NCBI GenBank assembly: GCA_945889325.1
Contig: CAMDBH010000003.1
Span: 27,702-91,701, forward strand
DNA from: Klebsiella pneumoniae
Lineage (GTDB): Bacteria > Myxococcota_A > UBA9042
Direction: 5' to 3'
Length of the DNA: 64,000 bases
Position 1 is the first letter of the stretch. Every line of letters starts with the position of its first letter. A program made the translations under genes and the position numbers. Below, in pieces: positions 35,647 to 43,409 of this stretch. The notes below the pieces were generated by a model. It searched no databases, was not told the origin of the DNA, and was given only the letters and a program-made list of their open reading frames with translations.

Positions 35647-36180
35647 GTGGAAAACGTCAGTTCAAAGCGTACGGCATGCGTATTTGTGGAAAACGATTAC
35701 CAAGAACTCGAAGCATGGTATCCGATTCTGCGCTTGCAAGAAGCGGGTTATGCTGTTGATGTCGTTGGGCGTTCTGCGACTGCACCGCATTACCGCGGCC
35801 GCAACGGCTATCCGTGCTCGGCCACCCATACCGCCGATCAGGTGCTGGCAACAGATTACGACATTGTCGTCATTCCAGGCGGTTGGGCGCCCGACAAACT
35901 GCGCATGGATGCCGATGTGTTGCAAATTGTCCAAAAAGCCATGGCGGCACGGCGCATCGTCGGCGCCATTTGCCATGCAGGTTCAGTGCTTATCAGCGCG
36001 GATGTAGTACAGGGACGGCAGGTGACCAGTTGGCCGTCGATTCGCCGCGATCTGGAGTACGCGGGCGCCCTTTGGTCCGACGCTGAAGTCGTGGTCGACG
36101 GTCATCTGGTCACGTCGCGCAAGCCCGAAGATTTGCCGATGTTCATGAAAGAAATTCTGCGTTTGGCGGAGGCACTGTGA
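35647..36180 (+). CDS. DJ-1/PfpI family protein (class I glutamine amidotransferase-like)
   Basis: In-frame GTG at 35647 with GGAG 6 nt upstream gives a family-typical length of about 177 aa. The nucleophile elbow AICHAGSVL and the blocks VIPGGWAPD and VVVDGHLVTSRKPEDLPMF are present. Confidence 0.8.
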   Translation: MENVSSKRTACVFVENDYQELEAWYPILRLQEAGYAVDVVGRSATAPHYRGRNGYPCSATHTADQVLATDYDIVVIPGGWAPDKLRMDADVLQIVQKAMAARRIVGAICHAGSVLISADVVQGRQVTSWPSIRRDLEYAGALWSDAEVVVDGHLVTSRKPEDLPMFMKEILRLAEAL

Positions 36181-37523
36181 CCGTTGCCCAGCATGTTTCG
36201 CTGCCCCTTGTGCGCGAAGAATCTTGCGATGTGCTGGTCATCGGTGCCGGTCCTGCGGGCTTTTCGGCTGCAATTTCAGCGGCCCGTCGCGGTTGCAAAA
36301 CCATGCTGATCGAACGACAGGCAAGCGCCGGCGGTGCCATGGTCTTGGGGATGAATCTGACCCCTGTGGGCTATGAACCCTTTAAATATTGGAGTAAAAA
36401 TACCGATCCAGCCTCTTTTGCCGTCCAAGGCATCGCCCGTGAATTGTACGATGCCATGGTGGCCGAACGCGCCGTGATCAAGCCGGTATGGGATGGCGAA
36501 ACCGCCAAATGGCTGATCGACAAGCTGCTGCAACAGGCTGGTGTTACAACGCTTTTTCACACCAATCTGGTCGATGCTTGGCTGGAGAACGACGCGGTCG
36601 TGGGCGCAATCGTCTTGGCGCGCGATGGCCTGTGGCGCATTCGCGCTGGCGTCAGCGTGGATTGCAGTGGCGACGGCGACCTTTTTGCCAAGGCCGGTGC
36701 GGACTTCCACATCGGGCGCGAAAGCGACGGCCGCACGCAGCCCATGGCGTTGGTCGCCATGCTCGGCGGGTTGCAACTGAATTTGCCCGACGACGTCGAT
36801 TTTGCCGGCTGGATGCAATTGACCAAGCAGCAGGTGGGACCGCAGTTGGATGCAGCGTGGCAAAGTGGTTTGATTCCACCGACTTTTGCCGGCATTCTGT
36901 TTCCGCGGGTCGTGCGCGGCGGCGTGCTCAAAGATCAGGCATGGGCGCGCTTGGTGCCGCAATGGATCGATCCCTTGGATCCACGCGCACTTGCAATGGC
37001 GGAGATGACCGCCCGCGACAATTTGCAGCGCATCGTCGATTTCTTGCGCAAGGAAGTCGCGGGCTGCGAAAATGCGGTCGTATTACATACTTCCAGTTCG
37101 CTTTGGGCGCGCAGTTCGCGGCGTTTGGTCGGCCTTGTTGAAATGCATGAAGACGACATCAGCACCAACCGCAAACGCGACGACGCGATCGCCCGCGGCA
37201 CCGGCTTTTTGGAAGTCCATTCAGCCACGCCGGGCAATCCGCGCCCAGAAGCGGGCTATGAATGGGCGCGCAAAGCGTCGCTCATCGACGCCGACGTGGA
37301 TTATGACATCGCGTATGGCTGCCTGATTCCGCAAAAGATCGATGGCCTTTTGGTCGCCGGTCGCTGCGTGTCGGCGACCCATTTGGCCCAGAGTTCGCTG
37401 CGCATGCAGATCACGTGCATGGCCATGGGCCAAGCGGCCGGGATTGCGGCGGCATTGTCGATTTTGATGGATATTTCACCGCGCGAGCTGCCGATCGGCG
37501 CGCTGCAGGCCGCGTTGCCTTGA
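36177..37523 (+). CDS. FAD-dependent oxidoreductase (FAD_oxidored/PF12831-like)
   Basis: The GTG start overlaps the upstream TGA (GTGA), with GGAGG 4 nt upstream. CDVLVIGAGPAGFSAAISAARRGCKTMLIERQASAGG is a dinucleotide-binding motif. Confidence 0.75.
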   Translation: MTVAQHVSLPLVREESCDVLVIGAGPAGFSAAISAARRGCKTMLIERQASAGGAMVLGMNLTPVGYEPFKYWSKNTDPASFAVQGIARELYDAMVAERAVIKPVWDGETAKWLIDKLLQQAGVTTLFHTNLVDAWLENDAVVGAIVLARDGLWRIRAGVSVDCSGDGDLFAKAGADFHIGRESDGRTQPMALVAMLGGLQLNLPDDVDFAGWMQLTKQQVGPQLDAAWQSGLIPPTFAGILFPRVVRGGVLKDQAWARLVPQWIDPLDPRALAMAEMTARDNLQRIVDFLRKEVAGCENAVVLHTSSSLWARSSRRLVGLVEMHEDDISTNRKRDDAIARGTGFLEVHSATPGNPRPEAGYEWARKASLIDADVDYDIAYGCLIPQKIDGLLVAGRCVSATHLAQSSLRMQITCMAMGQAAGIAAALSILMDISPRELPIGALQAALP

Positions 37524-37618
37524 CCGTTTTGGCCTGCGCAAAGCAAACTTGCGCCGACGCCGCTTATCGCTGCGCCAATAACGACGCCCAATAACCAGTA
37601 ACCACACAGGGAAATCGC

Positions 37619-38515
37619 ATGCAACAACAAATTCCGGTTTTGGTTTATGGCAGTTTCGCCCACGGTGGCGGCGCGCATGACGTCGTAGGTGACGCCCTGT
37701 TTCTCGGCCGCGCATTGGTTAAAGGCGTCGGTTATCAGTTGGCTGGCCGCATGCAGCGCGTGGGTTTGCACATCCGCGGCGGCGGCGATGCTTGGTTAGG
37801 CGGTGAACTGTATCCCGGCAGTGCGGCACTGCTGGACGCGCTGGATGCTGCCCATGGTTCTGAATTTACGCGTAAAATTGTCCAAATCCGTGCGGGTTCT
37901 GAAGGCCCGCTGATTCACGCTTGGGTCCACGTCTTCACCGGCGTGTGGTCCGAATTGGCCCATTGGCCAGGCGGCATCTTGCCCGAAGCCGCGCCGTTCG
38001 CTGGGCCGACCGCTTGGTATTTTGGCTATGCTTCCAACATGTTCCATTTTGCGGAGCGGCGCAAACTGACGGTGTTTGGCGCCCACAAACTCGGCCGCGT
38101 CGATGACTGGCGCATCGCTTTTGCCAAAGACAGCGGCAACGGTGAACACAACTATGCAACACTGTTGCCAAAACGCGGCGGCGTGGTCAAGGGCGCTTTG
38201 TACCGCATGAAGCAAACGGAGCTGGAAGGCCAACTCGATCCGCAGGAAAAAGAAGGCTGGCACTTGGTCCGGCGGACCTTCCCCGTGGTGCTAGAAGGCG
38301 AAGATCACGGCGAAATTGTGTGGGCCGAAGCCTACGTCTGTCTGCCGCGCTGGTGGGTTTGGAACCGCATTTCGCATCCGGTCAACACGCTGAAAATTGT
38401 GCCGGGAGCGTCGCTGGTCGGCCTCGATGCCGAATATGTCGCTTGGCTGACAAAATTTGTCGATACACCGTGCAATCCGGAAGACTACGATCTCGATTTG
38501 GATACAAAGGTGTAG
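37619..38515 (+). CDS. Tandem gamma-glutamylcyclotransferase-like (GGCT/AIG2-like) two-domain protein
   Basis: Domain 1 reads IPVLVYGSFAHGG...GGELY. Domain 2 reads WYFGYASNMFHFAERRKL...RIAFAKDS...GALYRM...AEAYV. Both match the YGSL/YGSN plus E pattern of the GGCT fold. Confidence 0.65.
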   Translation: MQQQIPVLVYGSFAHGGGAHDVVGDALFLGRALVKGVGYQLAGRMQRVGLHIRGGGDAWLGGELYPGSAALLDALDAAHGSEFTRKIVQIRAGSEGPLIHAWVHVFTGVWSELAHWPGGILPEAAPFAGPTAWYFGYASNMFHFAERRKLTVFGAHKLGRVDDWRIAFAKDSGNGEHNYATLLPKRGGVVKGALYRMKQTELEGQLDPQEKEGWHLVRRTFPVVLEGEDHGEIVWAEAYVCLPRWWVWNRISHPVNTLKIVPGASLVGLDAEYVAWLTKFVDTPCNPEDYDLDLDTKV

Positions 38516-38518
38516 ACC

Positions 38519-41161
38519 GTGGGCAACGCCGAGGCATGGCTGTGGCACGGCACCGTCGATGGCGCGGCCGCCGCCGTTGCGGTGCCCCACACGGCGACAC
38601 TGGCCGAAACCCTGCGCGCACTGGCCCACGATCGCGCTGAAGTGCCGTCTGTAAAAATAGCTTGCGATGAAGGGACTTGTGGCGCCTGCAGCGTGCTGCT
38701 CGACGGTCAGCGCGTGTTGGCGTGCTTGGTCCCAGCCCAGCGCGCAAGCGGCCGAAAAATTCAGACTGTTGTCAGTTTTGCCGGTGGGCCGATTCCACAA
38801 GCGCTGGCCCAAAGCGGTGCGCTGCAGTGCGGATTTTGCACACCTGGCATGGTTGTGGCCTTGGCGGAACTGCAACAACAAGGTTTTGTTCCAAAAAATG
38901 AAGACGAACTGGCCGCCGAACTGGCCAGCAACCTGTGCCGATGCACTGGTTATCGCCAACTTTTGACTTGCGGCGTGCAGATCTTGCGCGGCGAAACATC
39001 GCCGTCACAGGGCACGCCGCAAAGCGACGCGTTGGAAAAAGCTTGTGGGCGCGTGGCTTTTGCCACCGATTTGCAGGTTGCCCACGCGCTTTTTGGCGTC
39101 GCTTTGCGCAGCCCGCACGGCCACGCGCGCCTGCTTGCGCTCGATCTCGCGCAAGCGCGGGCGATGCCCGGCGTGCATGCCGTGATTTCAGCACTGGAAT
39201 TTGACGCGCCGCCCGTACCGGGTGAAGTGTTTTACGATTCCCCCATTTCGTCGCGGCCATTGCTGGATGCCGAGGCCTGTCACGCCGGTGCCCCCGTGGC
39301 ATTGCTCGCTGCCGAGACCCGCGAACAGGCGTTTGCGGCGCTGGCGGTCCTGCAGCCGCAGTGGCAATTACTTGAAACAGTGATGGATTTGCCGTCATCC
39401 CGCGCGGAAAATGGCGCGTGTGTGCATACGGGCCAAGCCAACGCCGCACTGCCGTTTGGACCGATTCACTGGCAAACGGGCGATGTCGACGCGGCCTTTG
39501 TTCAAGCTGCAAGCGTACGCGAGGACTGGTTTTCCACCGCAACCGTGCAAGCCGGTGCTTTGGAACCGTATTTTTGTGTCGTGCAACCGCGATCGGGAGG
39601 CGGCCTGATCGTGCACAAAGGTGTACCAGCGCCCTTTGAATTGCGCCGCCAGTTGGCACAATGGCTCAAGGTTTCTGAAGATCAAGTGGAAATTCGCTGT
39701 CCACCGGTCGGCGGCGGCTTTGGCAGCCGCATGGACGATTTGGAATATCTGGCGGCCTTACTTGGGCAACAAACGCAAAAACCCGTGCAAATGCAGCTAG
39801 ATCGCGGCAGCGGCTGGCTCGCCGGCCGCGTGCGCCACGGTGCGCAGATGCGCGTCAAATCAGGGCTGGATGGCCAAGGCAAACTGCTCGTGCGCGAACT
39901 GGAAGTGTTTTACGACACCGGCGCCTACCTCGATCTGGGGCCTTTTGTCGTGCTGCGCGCCCTGCGGCCTCTGGCGCTGTATCCCGCGCCAAATCAGCGC
40001 TTTATCGGCCATGTCTGCCGCACCAACAAACCGATCGCCGGCGCGACGCGCGGTTTTGGCAATCCGCAGGCGACCTTTGCCATTGAAACGCATACGGATT
40101 TGCTGTGCCGCGACAAGCACCTGGATCCTATCCAATTTCGCCGCGATCACCTCACTACAACGGCCCAAGCCAACATTTCTGTCGGCGTGGTCAACACCGA
40201 AAATGGCCTATTTTCACCCAAAGGCGCCGTCATTTCCTCGTGCGAAATACGTCAATGCCTTGATCTAGTTGAAAAATCTTGCGCCACTGCCCTGACTGCG
40301 CTGCCGCCAACGCCAACGGGCTGCGTTCGCGGTGTGGGCTTGGCGTGCGCCATGCACACGTCGGGCAAAGGCCGCGCCGAAGTATCGATGGCGCAAGTGC
40401 TTTGGACACACGAGGGCCTTTTTGTCCGCAGCGGCGCGCCAGACCAAGGCGGCACGGGCGTGGCGACGACGCTGCAACTGGTCGCGGCCGAAGCGCTGAA
40501 TCTGCCGCTAGAGCAAGTCAAGGTCGTCCTTGAGCCAACGTCGGCGGAACTGGAGGACAGTGGAGCGCACGCCTCGGGACGGACGTATGTGGCTGGAACA
40601 GCTGTATTTTCCGCGTGCGCCGTCTTGCTCAAGCGCCGTGATGCGGGAGAAAGTCTGCCGCTTGAAACAACTTTTCGCCATGTCCCTGCGACCAATGCGC
40701 CGCCGTTTGCCGCGTGCCAAGCGATTGTCGATGTCGACCTAGCAACGGGTCAAATTCACCTGCGCTGGCTGGGTCTTGGCGTCGACGCCGGGCGGATCCT
40801 CAATCCGCTGCAGGCCCGCGGTCAGGTGTTGGGTGCCGCCGTGCAGGGCATAGGCTATGCGTTGACAGAACGCCTTGATTTTGATGCGCAAGGTCGCCTC
40901 GCGACCGGCAGTCTGGCCGACTACGGCACGCCGCGGGCGTTTGAAGTGCCGCCGATCGATGTGCTTTTTGCCCAAAGTCATGAACCGACCCATCCGCTGG
41001 GCTGCAAGGGCGTGGGCGAAATCGGCTTGATGGCGGTAGCGCCGGCCATCGCCAACGCGGTCGCGCGGGCCATTGGGGCGCCGCTTTTTAACTTGCCACT
41101 TACGGCTGAATCGGTTTGGCGGGCATTGCAGCAAAATTCGCACACCTTGCAGGATTTATAG
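38519..41161 (+). CDS. Xanthine dehydrogenase/aldehyde oxidase-family molybdoenzyme with 2x[2Fe-2S] small-subunit domains fused to the Moco-binding large subunit
   Basis: CDEGTCGACSV (plant-type cluster), QCGFCTPGM and CRCTGY (second cluster). These are followed by a/b-hammerhead and Moco domains (GGGFGSR, GFGNPQATFAIE, GCKGVGEIG). The start lies 4 nt after the previous stop. Confidence 0.85.
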   Translation: MGNAEAWLWHGTVDGAAAAVAVPHTATLAETLRALAHDRAEVPSVKIACDEGTCGACSVLLDGQRVLACLVPAQRASGRKIQTVVSFAGGPIPQALAQSGALQCGFCTPGMVVALAELQQQGFVPKNEDELAAELASNLCRCTGYRQLLTCGVQILRGETSPSQGTPQSDALEKACGRVAFATDLQVAHALFGVALRSPHGHARLLALDLAQARAMPGVHAVISALEFDAPPVPGEVFYDSPISSRPLLDAEACHAGAPVALLAAETREQAFAALAVLQPQWQLLETVMDLPSSRAENGACVHTGQANAALPFGPIHWQTGDVDAAFVQAASVREDWFSTATVQAGALEPYFCVVQPRSGGGLIVHKGVPAPFELRRQLAQWLKVSEDQVEIRCPPVGGGFGSRMDDLEYLAALLGQQTQKPVQMQLDRGSGWLAGRVRHGAQMRVKSGLDGQGKLLVRELEVFYDTGAYLDLGPFVVLRALRPLALYPAPNQRFIGHVCRTNKPIAGATRGFGNPQATFAIETHTDLLCRDKHLDPIQFRRDHLTTTAQANISVGVVNTENGLFSPKGAVISSCEIRQCLDLVEKSCATALTALPPTPTGCVRGVGLACAMHTSGKGRAEVSMAQVLWTHEGLFVRSGAPDQGGTGVATTLQLVAAEALNLPLEQVKVVLEPTSAELEDSGAHASGRTYVAGTAVFSACAVLLKRRDAGESLPLETTFRHVPATNAPPFAACQAIVDVDLATGQIHLRWLGLGVDAGRILNPLQARGQVLGAAVQGIGYALTERLDFDAQGRLATGSLADYGTPRAFEVPPIDVLFAQSHEPTHPLGCKGVGEIGLMAVAPAIANAVARAIGAPLFNLPLTAESVWRALQQNSHTLQDL

Positions 41162-41878
41162 ATGTATTTGACCCCGCAATCGCTGCCGGAGGCGTTGCAA
41201 CTGCGAGCGCAGCATCCGCAAGCGGTGGTGCTGGCCGGCGCGACGCGCGTGTACGCCTTGCCAGCGGCCCAAAGGCCCGCGGACTTGTTGGATTTGCAGC
41301 ACATGGGCTGCAATGGCTTGCAATGGTTGGGCGATGAATTGCACATCGGCGCCATGGTGCCTCTGCACATTTTGGCGGCATCGTTGACGGAACACCGCGG
41401 ATTTACTGCGCTGCGCCAGGGCGTTTTGGCGATTTCGCCGCGACAGATTCGGCAACAAGCGACGATCGGCGGCAATGTGGCGGGTTCTGGCTCACTGCTT
41501 GCGCCTCTGGCGCTGCTGGGTGCGCGGGTGCAAGTGGCATCGCTGCGCGGCGTGCGTGAAGTAGACGTGCTGCAATGTGACCTTGCCGCGGACGAACTGC
41601 TGACCGGCGTTGTGGTCAAAGGTGCCGCATTTCCGACAAGTTACCGACAGTTTCGCCGTACGCCGTTGGGGCCCGCGCTGGTCGCTGTGGCGGTGGGGCG
41701 GGATCAAGGCCAACTGCGCCTGGCCATTCAAGGCGTGCAAGCAAAGGTTGTGCTGCTGACCGTTGCAGGCAATGCCGATTTGGCGCAGGAACTTGCACAA
41801 CGGTCGTTGCCTATTGGTGATTCTCGGGCTTCTGCGGAATTTCGCTTGGCCGTTTTGCACGCACTGCTGCGGCGTTAA
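41162..41878 (+). CDS. FAD-binding subunit of the molybdenum hydroxylase (CoxM/XdhB-like, short)
   Basis: The ATG directly abuts the upstream TAG. The MYLTPQSLPEALQLRAQHPQAVVLAGATRV, ATIGGNV and FRRTPLGPALVAVAV blocks are typical of the FAD_binding_5 family. Confidence 0.75.
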   Translation: MYLTPQSLPEALQLRAQHPQAVVLAGATRVYALPAAQRPADLLDLQHMGCNGLQWLGDELHIGAMVPLHILAASLTEHRGFTALRQGVLAISPRQIRQQATIGGNVAGSGSLLAPLALLGARVQVASLRGVREVDVLQCDLAADELLTGVVVKGAAFPTSYRQFRRTPLGPALVAVAVGRDQGQLRLAIQGVQAKVVLLTVAGNADLAQELAQRSLPIGDSRASAEFRLAVLHALLRR

Positions 41879-41883
41879 CACCA

Positions 41884-41914
41884 GGCCTTTTGCCTCGCAG
41901 GCAAGTGGCTTTTG
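41884..41914 (+). terminator. Candidate intrinsic terminator after the Mo-hydroxylase cluster
   Basis: GGCCTTTTGCC-tcgca-GGCAAGTGGC forms an imperfect 10-bp stem followed by TTTT, 6 nt after the TAA at 41876-41878. Confidence 0.5.
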
Positions 41915-41989
41915 CGCTGCGCGCGGCTGACATTTGCAAAGGGTTATTTTGCGCCTAACGGCGCGCGGTTGCGGTAATCAAGGGATTTC

Positions 41990-42014
41990 GGCGCGCAAAT
42001 TGGGCGCGCTTTTT
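41990..42014 (+). terminator. Second terminator-like hairpin in the long intergenic region
   Basis: G-GCGCGC-aaattgg-GCGCGC-T followed by TTTT(T). Confidence 0.4.
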
Positions 42015-42162
42015 GGGGTAATTGGAAGGCCTTTTGCTTGTGAACGCGCGAGGTTTTGGCGCGTAAGACAAGTTGTCTTGGGCGGTTCGTGGTGGTGCGA
42101 ACGCAGTGGTTTTGCCGACACTGGTGAAAACCTCGCCCGCGCCACCGAGGGGTGGTCGCATC

Positions 42163-42199
42163 GCTGAGAGCGTGTGAAAAAACCTTGTCACCGCTCTCA
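42163..42199. repeat. REP-like palindromic hairpin, copy C
   Basis: GCTGAGAGCGTGTGAAAAAACCTTGTCACCGCTCTCA. It shares GAGAGCGTGTGAAAAAACCTT with copies A and B, and the GAGAGCG/CGCTCTC outer stem is intact. Confidence 0.6.
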
Positions 42200-42325
42200 A
42201 ATGGGGTCTGGTGTTGGCAATTTCTGGCGATCGACCAGCCGCCTACTCGGATTCCATTGCATAGACTCGATAATATCAATAACTTACCGCACAGGCACGC
42301 AGAAACTGCTAACACCTGACCCCTA

Positions 42326-42363
42326 CTCAGCAGCTGTGAAATGGATATTTCACAGCTGCTGAG
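42326..42363. repeat. Perfect 17-bp-stem palindrome, copy D of the same family
   Basis: CTCAGCAGCTGTGAAAT-ggat-ATTTCACAGCTGCTGAG. The arm CTCAG..GCTGTGAAA matches copy B. Confidence 0.65.
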
Positions 42364-42550
42364 CCTACGGCACGATCGTCAGCGGACCGACGATTTGGGC
42401 TGCCAGACCGACTTGCGCCAGAGGGAACGCTTTGGCCTTACACGCTGAAACGATTTGCGCGCCGTCTGGCAGAACCTCGCCAAGATAAAGGTGTATTCAT
42501 AACCGCGCGCCAGCAGCGCAAAACAAGCCGTTGCAAATGCGCACCCGCGG

Positions 42551-43387
42551 CTAAGCGCAAACCTCCGCCAACATCCGCTGCTCCACACAACCTTCGAGTG
42601 AAAATACATAGATATCGCGCGTATAGCGCCTGGCGCGCCGCACTTCGCGCAAAGTCGACGCAAGGTCCAACAAACGCGGGGCAAAGGCCGCTTGCAAAGA
42701 CGGCACGCCACCGCCCGTGATGCCAATCGCGATGGCCTGAGCGCGCCAACCGTATAAATCCACAAGCCAATGCCCAAAGGGGGCGGGCATCGCGCTTTTG
42801 TAGAGCATCAGCACTTCGCGGTCGCCGCGCACGTCGATAAAACCGAGGCTGCGCTGCAAGATGCGCGTGCCGAGCGCGCGTTCGTCCAATACGAATGGAA
42901 ATTGGTACGTTTCTGTGCGGTAGCCATCGCTTTGAATTTGCTTGATTAATTCGCGATAAAGGTGACGGGCCTTCTTCAGTTCGTTCGGGTGGCGCGCCAG
43001 CCACCACAGCCGCACCAGCGTTTGCAAGGGCATGTGGACCATTTCCACCGCGTCGCCGTGCGGCATTTCGATATCGAGGCCAACACCATCAAATTGCAAG
43101 TTTTCTGCGAGCGCCCACGCACGCACCTGGGCGTAGCGCGCCTGCGCGTGGTGCGCGTTGTCGATGGTCAGCCAGTAGCCGTGCTCATGCGGTAGGAGGA
43201 TCCAAGCAGTGACCGGAATTTGCAGCTGATTCAGCTGGCGGATGCTGTCTGCGCGTTGCGGCGACAGGTCGATAAGCGCCATCGCGATGCCTGCATTGGC
43301 TGCGCGCAAGGTGTCGAGCACGCCCGGTTGTTCGAGGAGCAACCGGGTTTCATCGGCGGATTGTTCTTGGAAAAAGGTCAGCGTCAT
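42551..43387 (-). CDS. Hypothetical protein, possibly a TIM-barrel glycosyl-hydrolase-like fold (FDGVGLDIE motif)
   Basis: The internal ATG at 43387 lies 22 nt downstream of the stop of the upstream gene, and the longer track ORF overlaps that gene. LQFDGVGLDIEMP resembles the DGxDxDxE catalytic motif of GH18-like enzymes. The rest is unrecognised. Confidence 0.55.
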   Translation of the reverse strand: MTLTFFQEQSADETRLLLEQPGVLDTLRAANAGIAMALIDLSPQRADSIRQLNQLQIPVTAWILLPHEHGYWLTIDNAHHAQARYAQVRAWALAENLQFDGVGLDIEMPHGDAVEMVHMPLQTLVRLWWLARHPNELKKARHLYRELIKQIQSDGYRTETYQFPFVLDERALGTRILQRSLGFIDVRGDREVLMLYKSAMPAPFGHWLVDLYGWRAQAIAIGITGGGVPSLQAAFAPRLLDLASTLREVRRARRYTRDIYVFSLEGCVEQRMLAEVCA

Positions 43388-43409
43388 CCAAACCTTGCGC
43401 GCTTGCCCA

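Noticed and set aside
37301-37771. 156-aa minus ORF containing a glycine-zipper-like segment (GYWLLGVVIGAAISGVGASLL) in the 37524..37618 gap.
   Set aside because: It would have to overlap the FAD oxidoreductase gene by about 220 bp and the GGCT gene by about 150 bp, and no RBS is evident. Most likely it is spurious.
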